Assembly (NCBI GenBank): GCA_003223995.1
Contig: QHYA01000062.1
Coordinates: 1 to 47,105 of the forward strand
DNA: 47,105 nucleotides
Direction: 5' to 3'
Origin: Acidobacteriota bacterium
GTDB lineage: Bacteria; Acidobacteriota; Polarisedimenticolia; QHYA01
A program made the translations under genes and the position numbers. The notes beneath the pieces were generated by a model that was not told the DNA's origin, ran no database searches, and saw nothing but the letters and a program-made list of their open reading frames with translations. Below, piece by piece: positions 18,892 through 26,850 of this stretch (the first letter of the stretch is position 1; every line of letters starts with the position of its first letter).

Positions 18892-19896
18892 TCATCCGTA
18901 TCCGCCGCCTTCCTGGCCGGCCATGAAGTGTTTCCGCATGAACAAGAGGTAGCCGAGACCAAGGCCTGTGAGGGCGGCGGTGCCGGCAACGAGCGCGGAG
19001 CAGCTCGGCGTACCGAACTGCCGGAGGACCTGAATCTCCTCCTCGGGCATATTCATCGCCCGGCAGATCTCGATAAGGTCCATCCGGAGGAAGCTCGTCA
19101 CCGCGGAGGCGCCCGTGACGAGTAAGAAGAGCGCGGAACCCCACCACGCCGGCATCCTGAGCGCGTATGACCCCCAAGCGAGGATGCCCGCGACGGCGCC
19201 GCTCGACAGAAGAAGCAGTCTCGCGGGCATCCCTGAGACGACATAGCCAAAGACCGGCAAAGCAGGCCGGAAGAGAGCCGGTATGACGAGCAATGCGCAA
19301 CCCCAGAGCGTGATGCTCCAGGCCAGCACCTGCGGTGGACAGCGGTCCGTCCAGCTCGGAGCCGGGTGGCGCGCCTCACAAGTGAGCCTGACGTCCTGCG
19401 ATCGGTAGCCCCATATGAAAACCGCCGGCAAGAGGATGTCCATCACCACGAGCACGGCGGCAGCAGCGATCCCGGCGACGGCCATGGCCGCGGACGGCAA
19501 GGCCTCCGAACCCGGCCAGGAGGAAAGGAACTGGTCTTCGATCAGCACGAGCAGAACCAGAAGAGCGAGTCCCGCGAGAAGCCACGTCCAGGACACCATG
19601 AGCATCACGGGCCGCACCCACCGCTGCGCTCTCATCGAGCCGACGCCGCTCCAGATGAAGACCGCACCCATCAGCTCGTAGAGGAGCGACGCGGTCAGCA
19701 CGGCCCCCCATTCGCCTTGGGCCACATCGAATCCCGGCAGCTTGACCGTCTTCGGAAGCGCGATCAGCAACATCGGCAAGCCGCCGAGGAGTATGCAGGC
19801 GACACCGACGAGGATGGAGAGTGCTCCGAGGACGAGGAGGCGTGTCCTGCGGTCCTTGAATGAGTGCTCGCCAGGGGTTGCTTCCCGCTGAGCCAC
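18892..19896 (-). CDS. Polytopic integral membrane protein, function unknown
   Basis: About 8 hydrophobic segments (LLVLGALSILVGVACILLGGL.., VLTASLLYELMGAVFIW.., WLLAGLALLVLLVLI.. and others). Start chosen as GTG 19896, preceded by AGAGGG, because the longer ORF (to 20055) would overlap the upstream gene end. The start is uncertain. Confidence 0.55.
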   Translation of the reverse strand: MAQREATPGEHSFKDRRTRLLVLGALSILVGVACILLGGLPMLLIALPKTVKLPGFDVAQGEWGAVLTASLLYELMGAVFIWSGVGSMRAQRWVRPVMLMVSWTWLLAGLALLVLLVLIEDQFLSSWPGSEALPSAAMAVAGIAAAAVLVVMDILLPAVFIWGYRSQDVRLTCEARHPAPSWTDRCPPQVLAWSITLWGCALLVIPALFRPALPVFGYVVSGMPARLLLLSSGAVAGILAWGSYALRMPAWWGSALFLLVTGASAVTSFLRMDLIEICRAMNMPEEEIQVLRQFGTPSCSALVAGTAALTGLGLGYLLFMRKHFMAGQEGGGYG

Positions 19897-19966
19897 GCTC
19901 GCCCTCTTTCGTTGGGTTCTGGAGTCGGTGCGCCGACCGTGATGGTGGCGCCGGCTCGTCTCGAGG

Positions 19967-22444
19967 CTACCGCCTTCCCGAGGTTCCCTCCGTGGCGATG
20001 GGGTCGCGCGGATTGATCGCCAGCGCCCGCTGGTAGGAGGCCAGCGCCCGCTCACGGTCCCCCTTCACCTTGGCGAGATAGAGTCCCCAGTAGGAATGGA
20101 CTCGCGACTCGCTGGGAAAACGACTCTCGACCTCGTCCAGAAGCTGCCGCCCTTCCGATTCTCGCCCCTCGTAGAGCAGCACCCGAGCCAGCTCCAGTCG
20201 CGGCTGGACAAGGTCTGGAGCAGCCTCCAACGCAGCTCGGTATTCTTTCTCCGAGTCCTTCAGCTTCCCGCTGATCAGGAAGAGGCTTCCGAGGTTCATC
20301 CGAGCCACGGCGTTGCGGGGGTCAAGCCGCGCCGCGTGCCGGAAGGATTCCCCGGCTCCGGCAAGGTCGCGATGGCGCAGTTGCAAGCCTCCCAGCTCGT
20401 TCCACGAGCGCGGATCCTCGGGCCGGAGGCGCGTGTATGCCATCATCACCTCTTCTGCCTCCCTTTCACGGCCGGATGACTCGAACATCGAGACCAGCGT
20501 ACGCCTGAAGGGGACGGTGTCAGGGGCTGCGGCCACGCCGCGACGGATCTCCTCGATCGCCTCGTCCGACTTGCCCGTCCGGAACAGCAACCTGCCCAGG
20601 AGCACTCTTGCCGACGCCGCTGCAGAAGACAGCTTTGCCGCCGTCCGGTACTCCTCGATGGCCTGCTCCTTCTCGTCCAGCATCTCGAGCGCACGGCCCA
20701 GCTTCATGTGCGCTGCGGCGTAACGCGGCTCGATCGAGACGAGTTTCCTCAGGACCTCGCTCGCCTCCACGAGCAGAGCGCGCTGCCCGCTCGCGGCCGC
20801 TGGTTCGCTGGCACTTCCCGCGCCGGCCGCCATGAGAAGCGCTTCCCCGAGCTGTTCCTTCACCGAGGGGCTTTCGGGAAATTCTCCTCCCAGGGCCCGC
20901 AAAGACTCAACAGCCTGAGAATAGTTCCCACGAGTCAGCTCGTACATGCTTCGATCGAAGCGAGCCACGAGCTCGCCGCCGTCCTTCGGATCTCGGAGGG
21001 CCGCGGACGGCTCCGGCACAGGGTCGAGGGAGGCTCCTGCTGCCCGGCCCGCATAACCAAGGCTGGCCAGCTTCTGGCGGTCTTCCTCGGTCGCGGCGGA
21101 GACAGAGCGAGCGGCTGCTTCGTCCTTGGCAGCGGCGAACCGTCCCCGGAGCAGCATCTGGAAACGCTTCGCCTGCTCGCTGTTCGTCCCGGCCAGGTTG
21201 GCCGTCTCGTCGGGATCCGCGGCGATGTCGTAGAGCTCCGGCCTCGGCGCGTCGATATATTTCCACTTCGCATCGCGCAGCATCCGCAGTGGGCTGAAGC
21301 GGAACTCTGCCCAGGGACCGATGCACTCTCCCATGACCGGCAGCGGCTGGAGAGGTTTCCCCTCGATGAGTGGCACGAGGCTGCGGCCTTGCATCCCGGT
21401 GGGGCCGCGCGCGCCGAGCAGGTCGAGGGCCGTGGGCATCAGGTCCACCTGGGAGACGACCTGCCCGATGCGGCGAGGTGAGGAGAGGATCCACGGAACG
21501 CTCACGATCAGGGGAACGCGGACGGTCGCCTGATAGACAAAGTAGCTGTGCGTCGGCTCGCCGTGCTCTCCCAGGGCTTCGCCATGATCGGCCGTGAGAA
21601 GGACGGCCGTCCTCTTCGCTGCGCCGCTTCTCTCCAGCGCGTCCAGCAGCACGCCGACGGCCTCGTCCACGGCCGCCACTTCCCCCGCATAGGGGGCACC
21701 GGCATAGAGCGCGGCGAGATGGGGGGGCGGCTCGTAGGGGAAGTGCGGGTCGTAGTAGTGCACCCAGAGGAAGAAGCTCTCGCCGGAGGACGCTGTCTTC
21801 TCCAGCCACTGCAGAACCGAGCGGTCGACCTCGCTGGCCCTACGTTCCAGCGGCATGCTGCCGGCCGCCTTATCGAAGACGCCGGCGGAGTCGAACGCTT
21901 CATCATAGACCTCGAACCCCTGCCCGAGTCCGAATTGTGAGGCCACCGGGAAGGCGCCCACGAAGGCGGCCGTCCGGAAGCCCCGCGCCCGCAGCGTCTC
22001 CGCGAGTGTCGTCTCCTCTTCGGACAGCACGTAGGAGACGTTGTCACGGACTCCATGTGCGACCGGGTAACGGCCCGTCATGATGCTGGCGTGCGCGGGG
22101 AGCGTGATCGGCGCGACGGCGAGGACGTCCTCGAACAGCGCGCCGGTCCGTGCGAGGAGGTCTATCCTGGGGGTCGCGGGCCGCAGCGCCCCGTAACAAC
22201 CGAGACGATCGGCGCGGAGAGTGTCCACGGTGATCAGCACGAGCGAGCGGCCACCCGCTCCGCGTGACGCCCGGCTGCCGACTCTCTCGGAACAGCCCGC
22301 CGTCCAAAGCAAACATAGACCGGCAACGACGATCGCGCCGAGATGTTTGCTGGAGATGAGAGGCGAGGTTGGGGCACGAGCGGAGTTCGAGCCCGTGGTT
22401 CTGTTCGTCACGGCAGAGTCGCCAATTTCACAATCTCCCGGCAC
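19967..22444 (-). CDS. Sulfatase-like (alkaline-phosphatase superfamily) hydrolase/transferase fused to C-terminal TPR repeats, probable lipoprotein
   Basis: LVLITVDTLRADRLGCYG and ..APITLPAHASIMTGRYPVAHGVRDN.. give the sulfatase fold. Thr-x-Pro-x-His stands where formylglycine sulfatases have C-x-P-x-R. ADHGE is present. The C-terminal ~330 aa carry repeated TPR-like A..Y..AL..P motifs. The N-terminal LCLLWTAGCS resembles a lipobox. Confidence 0.8.
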   Translation of the reverse strand: MPGDCEIGDSAVTNRTTGSNSARAPTSPLISSKHLGAIVVAGLCLLWTAGCSERVGSRASRGAGGRSLVLITVDTLRADRLGCYGALRPATPRIDLLARTGALFEDVLAVAPITLPAHASIMTGRYPVAHGVRDNVSYVLSEEETTLAETLRARGFRTAAFVGAFPVASQFGLGQGFEVYDEAFDSAGVFDKAAGSMPLERRASEVDRSVLQWLEKTASSGESFFLWVHYYDPHFPYEPPPHLAALYAGAPYAGEVAAVDEAVGVLLDALERSGAAKRTAVLLTADHGEALGEHGEPTHSYFVYQATVRVPLIVSVPWILSSPRRIGQVVSQVDLMPTALDLLGARGPTGMQGRSLVPLIEGKPLQPLPVMGECIGPWAEFRFSPLRMLRDAKWKYIDAPRPELYDIAADPDETANLAGTNSEQAKRFQMLLRGRFAAAKDEAAARSVSAATEEDRQKLASLGYAGRAAGASLDPVPEPSAALRDPKDGGELVARFDRSMYELTRGNYSQAVESLRALGGEFPESPSVKEQLGEALLMAAGAGSASEPAAASGQRALLVEASEVLRKLVSIEPRYAAAHMKLGRALEMLDEKEQAIEEYRTAAKLSSAAASARVLLGRLLFRTGKSDEAIEEIRRGVAAAPDTVPFRRTLVSMFESSGREREAEEVMMAYTRLRPEDPRSWNELGGLQLRHRDLAGAGESFRHAARLDPRNAVARMNLGSLFLISGKLKDSEKEYRAALEAAPDLVQPRLELARVLLYEGRESEGRQLLDEVESRFPSESRVHSYWGLYLAKVKGDRERALASYQRALAINPRDPIATEGTSGRR

Positions 22445-22552
22445 AACCCTGGGGAGCGGCCCCGCGATCGCTCGAATCGTACGTCCACTCCTTCAACCGG
22501 ACAAGCTCCTGACCGTACCATCAAGCGCATCAAACCGAATCGATCAGAGAAG

Positions 22553-22571
22553 ATGCGATATTATGCGATAT
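22553..22571 (+). promoter_or_regulatory. Tandem ATGCGATAT repeats (10-nt period) upstream of the TA-like pair, possible operator/-10 region
   Basis: ATGCGATAT-T-ATGCGATAT in an AT-rich island about 80 nt upstream of the ATG at 22649. Confidence 0.35.
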
Positions 22572-22648
22572 CATCCAAGCCCATGCGGGAGGGCGAACGC
22601 AAGGCACCTGTGTCTTTGGCTTGCGGTGCTAGCAGCCCCTGAGGACAG

Positions 22649-22969
22649 ATGAAGCTCCTCCACGACTTCCAGGGTCTCGCGATTCGCCTGACCGATGAGC
22701 GGCGGGCGCACATCCTCGAACACCCGGAAATGGCCTCGATGGAGGCGGCGATCGAGGAGACCTTGCTCCAGCCGGAGCGGGTCGTGCAGTCCTTCAGTGA
22801 CCCGCAGGCGAGGCTGTACTATCGTTTCTACTTTCGCACTATGATGGGCGGCAAGTACCTGTGCGTCGTCGTGAAAACCCTCGAGGCCGACGCGTTCGTT
22901 TTGACCGCCTACCTGACCGACCGCATCAAGAAAGGGGTGCCGCTATGGCCGACGACCGGAAGCGATTGA
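22649..22969 (+). CDS. Putative toxin component (DUF4258-like small protein)
   Basis: 106 aa with ..KYLCVVVKTLEADAFVLTAYLTDRIKKG at the C-terminus, a pattern I associate with DUF4258-type toxins that pair with DUF2283. The family call is tentative. It overlaps the next ORF by 25 nt. Confidence 0.5.
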   Translation: MKLLHDFQGLAIRLTDERRAHILEHPEMASMEAAIEETLLQPERVVQSFSDPQARLYYRFYFRTMMGGKYLCVVVKTLEADAFVLTAYLTDRIKKGVPLWPTTGSD

Positions 22970-23151
22970 AGATCTGGTACGACCCGGAAGGGGATTACCT
23001 GGAAGTGATCTTCGACCAGAAGCCCGGCTACTTTCGCGAGACCCAGAGCGACCAAGTGATGGAGAAGGTCGACGAGGAGGGCAACGTTCTCGGCTTCTCC
23101 GTGCTCCGCGTGAGCGCGATGAAGGCAAAGCCGCTCGAGGTCGCACTCTGA
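22945..23151 (+). CDS. DUF2283-family protein (putative antitoxin partner)
   Basis: MADDRKRLKIWYDPEGDYLEVIFDQKPGYFRETQSDQVMEKVDEEGNVLGFSVLRVS. The YD.E.D.L.I.F....... ..D..G...G pattern is typical of DUF2283. ATG at 22945 within the 96-aa ORF. Confidence 0.6.
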   Translation: MADDRKRLKIWYDPEGDYLEVIFDQKPGYFRETQSDQVMEKVDEEGNVLGFSVLRVSAMKAKPLEVAL

Positions 23152-23219
23152 ACACGCCTGGGATGATCTGAGCCGATGGCCTACGTCGTCAATCGGGTCG
23201 TATAACTTGTTGTGAGGAT

Positions 23220-23295
23220 TGGTGGAGCTGACGGGGATCGAACCCGTGACCTCCTGACTGCCAGTCAGGCACTCTCCCAGCTGAGCTACAGCCCC
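23220..23295 (-). tRNA. tRNA-Ala (anticodon GGC), CCA encoded
   Basis: The reverse complement reads GGGGCTGTAGCTCAGCTGGGAGAGTGCCTGACTGGCAGTCAGGAGGTCACGGGTTCGATCCCCGTCAGCTCCACCA. The G3:U70 Ala identity pair is present, the anticodon loop is CTGGCAG (GGC) and the T-loop is TTCGATC. Confidence 0.93.
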
Positions 23296-23903
23296 AGGTG
23301 TTCTTCTTCTCCGGTGGTCTCTCCCGATGTGGACGAGCTCTTCTCCTTCGCCGCCGAGCCCTTCTGCGTTTCCTGTGCTTCGAGGTCCTCCGAGCGGAAC
23401 TCCTCCGCCACGCCGAGGATATCCTCGAGGGGGTCGATCGGCAAAGCGTTCGACACCGCGGGTCGCTGCGCCTCAAGGACCGCCTTCGCCGCGGACCGAT
23501 TCTCCAGTGGCGCCGTCAGGGCGGAGCCGACGATTCCCAGCCGGTGCGACTCGCGCGGAGCCTTGTCAGCAGACGCGGCACGGCGTCTCGAAGCGGCGTT
23601 TACAGCGCTTCCGATCTCCTTCTCCGTGGCCAGGATCTTCGCATCGATTTCAGCCACGCGGTCCGAAAACCTGTTCAGATCTCCTAACGCCATGGCGCCG
23701 GTCCGGATTCTCGCATAGACCGCTTCTCCCAGCCGCCGGAGGGCCTCCGTGCGTTGCCTGCGGAGTGCGGCGGCCTCTACTCTCATTCTTGACAGCCGCC
23801 ACGCTCGCCCGGCCTCTTTCTGGAAGCGCCCCGAGAATCCTCTGAGGAGGTCCAGTGAACGGCCGAGCAGGTTGGGTTTTCCGGGGCCTCCTCGTATCGC
23901 CAC
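23286..23903 (-). CDS. Hypothetical coiled-coil protein (start uncertain: GTG 23903 or ATG 23786)
   Basis: The portion of the 306-aa ORF that lies between the two tRNA genes has protein-like composition (..LLGRSLDLLRGFSGRFQKEAGRAWRLSRMRVEAAALRRQRTEALRRLGEAVYARIRTG..). The last 3 codons and the TAG stop overlap the 5' end of tRNA-Ala. The upstream part of the ORF is antisense to tRNA-Sec and was rejected. Confidence 0.3.
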   Translation of the reverse strand: MAIRGGPGKPNLLGRSLDLLRGFSGRFQKEAGRAWRLSRMRVEAAALRRQRTEALRRLGEAVYARIRTGAMALGDLNRFSDRVAEIDAKILATEKEIGSAVNAASRRRAASADKAPRESHRLGIVGSALTAPLENRSAAKAVLEAQRPAVSNALPIDPLEDILGVAEEFRSEDLEAQETQKGSAAKEKSSSTSGETTGEEEHLGL

Positions 23904-24119
23904 CGTTCGGGTTCTCCTCACGAGACTTGAGGAAACAGCCTGCCGCAATGTCCGTGTCAATTTATAAGGCGCGGGTTCGCCCGCTGTCAAATTGGAAGCA
24001 CCGTCAAAAACATCGTCAGAAACCGGCTCTTCCCCGAAGGCTCCGGCGCTCCCGGCGGGCCGGCAAGCCCCGCGCTCTTGCAGGACGATGCACGCGCGGG
24101 GCAAGATTACGGCTCCCGT

Positions 24120-24218
24120 GGAAGCGAATGGGTGCTGGTGTGCCCCCCGGACTTCAAATCCGCGCGCGGCGATCCGAGAGGCTCGCTGGGTGGGTTCGAT
24201 TCCCACACGCTTCCGCCA
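24120..24218 (+). tRNA. selC: tRNA-Sec (selenocysteine, anticodon TCA)
   Basis: GGAAGCGA..ACGCTTCC-G-CCA forms the acceptor. The D-arm GGGTGC-TGGT-GTGCCC has a 6-bp stem and 4-nt loop, a tRNA-Sec hallmark. The anticodon arm is CCCGGA-CTTCAAA-TCCGCG, with the same CUUCAAA loop as E. coli selC. There is a long variable arm (CGGCGA-TCCGAGAGGC-TCGCTG) and a T-arm GTGGG-TTCGATT-CCCAC. Length is 99 nt. One C-C mismatch in the anticodon stem and an A-A mismatch at the 8th acceptor pair. Confidence 0.8.
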
Positions 24219-24334
24219 CCGCCTTGTCTCATTCCTATAAGCAGGCGCTTATGCTTCCGAAAAGGGGCCGCACGGAACAATGAAGCCCACGGCTCGCCGT
24301 CGATTCTATGCGAGTGATCACGCCTCGAGTCTCA

Positions 24335-25015
24335 TCAGCGATCCTCTTGCTGAGCTTCCGGATCTCGGGCGGGCCCCTGGCCGACAGGCGGTTCTTGAGG
24401 GGAGCCGGTCCCCGGCGGGCCAGCTGGCCCCCAATCTGACGGTGGTCCGGAGCCTCCCCACCCCTGGGTGCCGGGCGCACCCCACCCGCTTGGCTGGGGC
24501 GGCGGAGGGGGCGCGATGGGCGAACGCGAGCCTCGATCCATGAGCGCAGCAGTGAGCACTCCAGCGAGCGTCGACAGCAGAGCGAAGAAGAATACCGAGG
24601 AGATCAGCGCTAGGACCATCCTGAAGACGCTCGTTTGCTGCTCGAAGGCTTGCATGATCGCCCTCTCCATCTCCGGAGGGAACCCTTCCACGTTCTTCAG
24701 AATGGATTCGACCATGGATTGAGCGAACTCCCGCAGTTGCTCCCCGAACAGCAGGTTCACGACCATCTCCACCGTCCACGCGGAGAATCCGCCAAAGAGG
24801 CCGGCGACCAGACCCGCCATTGCACCGTCGGAGACCCTGCACGGGTAGCCGGTCCGTCTTCCCTCTCGGATGTAAAGCATGGCGGCCAGCCATCCGGCGG
24901 CCCACAGCCACAGGCAGCAGCAACAGTTGCCGACGTTCAAGCCGGGTATGCCGGAAGCGACTCCGAACAGGACGCCGGCCAGCAGCGTCGGGCGGAGAAG
25001 GTCAGGTTTCTGCAT
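24335..25015 (-). CDS. Membrane protein with a CCCC motif and a Pro/Gly/Trp-rich C-terminal tail, function unknown
   Basis: The ATG at 25015 is preceded by GGAGGAGG. Product: MQKPDLLRPTLLAGVLFGVASGIPGLNVGNCCCCLWLWAAGWLAAMLY..., about 4 TM segments, tail PPPPPQPSGWGAPGTQGWGGSGPPSDWGPAGPPGTGSPQEPP. Its start overlaps the upstream stop by 1 nt (TGATG). Confidence 0.65.
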   Translation of the reverse strand: MQKPDLLRPTLLAGVLFGVASGIPGLNVGNCCCCLWLWAAGWLAAMLYIREGRRTGYPCRVSDGAMAGLVAGLFGGFSAWTVEMVVNLLFGEQLREFAQSMVESILKNVEGFPPEMERAIMQAFEQQTSVFRMVLALISSVFFFALLSTLAGVLTAALMDRGSRSPIAPPPPPQPSGWGAPGTQGWGGSGPPSDWGPAGPPGTGSPQEPPVGQGPARDPEAQQEDR

Positions 25016-25701
25016 CAGGCCCCTCCTCCGCCCGGCGGCCTGCATGTGGCGGCGGGCCCGGGCACCGGCTGCCGGTGTAGAGGATGAACTCCGGACGGCG
25101 CGAAAATCTGCGCCAGCGAGGGGACAACCAGCATCGAGGCAGCAGTGGCGGCGACGAAGGCCGTGGCCGCGCGCAGGGTCGACCAATCAGGCACCAGGCC
25201 CACGCGGCTTGCAAGCGGATGAAGAACGGCGGGACCCAGGAGGGCGAGGAGAACCGATCGGCGAGGAGTCACGGCGAACCTCTCGATTCCTTGGCACGCG
25301 GACCGGCCGGACGCGGCGGACAACAACCGGACCGCCACAGACAGCAGAGCCCCCGCAAGAAGCCCCAGGTAGAAACCGGTGCATCGAGCGCAAACGGCCA
25401 GGGGCTGCCCGGCAACGAGAAAGGACCTTTCCTGTCTCTGGTGACAGACCGATGCGAAGAAACTCCTGCACAGCAGTCCGGTCTCAGTCCAGCCGGAGGC
25501 GAGGGCAAGTGGTGAAGCGAAGACGAGCACACAAGGAAGCGCCAGGGCGGCGAGCGCGACGAGATGAACAGAAACGACGCCGGCGCCTCGTACGGCAAGA
25601 CCACCCGAGCCCTGCACGGGAATGGCGCCCTCGTCCCTCACGCGCCGCTTGCTGCCGGCCTCCATGCGCGCCGCCCCCCAGACAGGGGCGCATTCTACCA
25701 A
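25015..25701 (-). CDS. DUF2085-family membrane protein
   Basis: VCHQRQERSF....PLAVCARCTGFYLG is the DUF2085 signature, and there are several TM segments. The start is uncertain: ATG 25701, or ATG 25665 (MEAGSK). Confidence 0.65.
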   Translation of the reverse strand: MVECAPVWGAARMEAGSKRRVRDEGAIPVQGSGGLAVRGAGVVSVHLVALAALALPCVLVFASPLALASGWTETGLLCRSFFASVCHQRQERSFLVAGQPLAVCARCTGFYLGLLAGALLSVAVRLLSAASGRSACQGIERFAVTPRRSVLLALLGPAVLHPLASRVGLVPDWSTLRAATAFVAATAASMLVVPSLAQIFAPSGVHPLHRQPVPGPAATCRPPGGGGA

Positions 25702-25791
25702 ACTCCCAAAGGTCCCATCGGTCGTCCCGCGCGCCGATGCGAGCGACGATCAAGCTGGACTTGACAGGTCGTTCCATATCAGAATCGACCT

Positions 25792-26850
25792 ATGCGGATC
25801 TCGCGCCGCGTCGCGTGGGGGGTCCTCCTCTCGGCGATCCTGACGGCGGCGCTGCTGCGGCAGTTCCACGAGAGCACGCGCCAGTCGCCGTTGCTACCCG
25901 TGCGCAGTCTCCTGTTCTTCCTTCTGCTAATCCTGTTCCTTCTCTTCCTGCGCGGATGGGGGCAGCGGCAGGAATTCCCCTACGCGGGCGAGTCGCTGCG
26001 CGAGTTCAACCTGCTTTCCATGGTCCCGCTGCTGATCGCGCTCATCGGAGAGAAATGGTTCTCGATCACTTTCTACTCTCCGGTGCTTGCCATCGCCTCG
26101 CGGGCCGGGCTTCCCGAGAGCGTGCTTGCTGCGCTGGGGCTTCTTCTCGGCGGCCTCGGAATCCTCGCAGTCGCTGCGGCGTTGCTGCCCGTGTTTCCCC
26201 GCCTCCGCCCCCTGCTCCGCGACTACCTTTCGGCGAGATCGCTGCTGCAGGGGGTCGCCGGCACTCTCGCGGTTCTCGCGCTGCTGTACGGTCTCCTGGG
26301 AGGGCTCCTGCTCATTCTCGGAGGGAAACACCTCTACCTGCTTCCCTGGTGGTTCGGCTCGTGGGGGGGAATCCGGTTCTCCGGTCAAGCCCTCATCGCT
26401 CTCGGCGAAGAGATCTATTACCGGGGGCTCCCTCAGAGCGAACTGATCTTTCTTCTCCCCGCTCTGGGTCTGCGCAATCCTCTTGCAGCCAGGGTTGTGG
26501 GGATCGGGTTGACCTCGACGCAATTCGCCCTGGAACATATCTCCGGAGACGCGCCGAACGATACATCGGTCTTCCTCTACACGCTGACGGTGGCCATCCT
26601 GCTGGGAAGCCTGCTGGTGACGGTCCGCAGCCTCTACCTCTGCGCCTTCACGCACTTTGCTCTCAATCTCTTTGTGCTGAGAGGGGGGTTGCAGTTCACG
26701 GACCAGTCCGGCCGCCCTATCCTGGACGCCGGGCTCTATATCGTCCTCTACCTGATCCTGATGACGCTGCTGATCTACGCCCGGTTCGGACCCGAGCGTC
26801 GCGAGATCGCCCGGAGGCGATCGAGGGTGGTCACTCCCGCCGCTGGATGA
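25792..26850 (+). CDS. CPBP-family (CAAX/Abi) intramembrane glutamic endopeptidase
   Basis: The three conserved motifs occur in order: GEEIYYRGL (EExxxR), FALEH (FxxxH) and FTHFALNLF (HxxxN). Multiple TM helices. Confidence 0.8.
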   Translation: MRISRRVAWGVLLSAILTAALLRQFHESTRQSPLLPVRSLLFFLLLILFLLFLRGWGQRQEFPYAGESLREFNLLSMVPLLIALIGEKWFSITFYSPVLAIASRAGLPESVLAALGLLLGGLGILAVAAALLPVFPRLRPLLRDYLSARSLLQGVAGTLAVLALLYGLLGGLLLILGGKHLYLLPWWFGSWGGIRFSGQALIALGEEIYYRGLPQSELIFLLPALGLRNPLAARVVGIGLTSTQFALEHISGDAPNDTSVFLYTLTVAILLGSLLVTVRSLYLCAFTHFALNLFVLRGGLQFTDQSGRPILDAGLYIVLYLILMTLLIYARFGPERREIARRRSRVVTPAAG

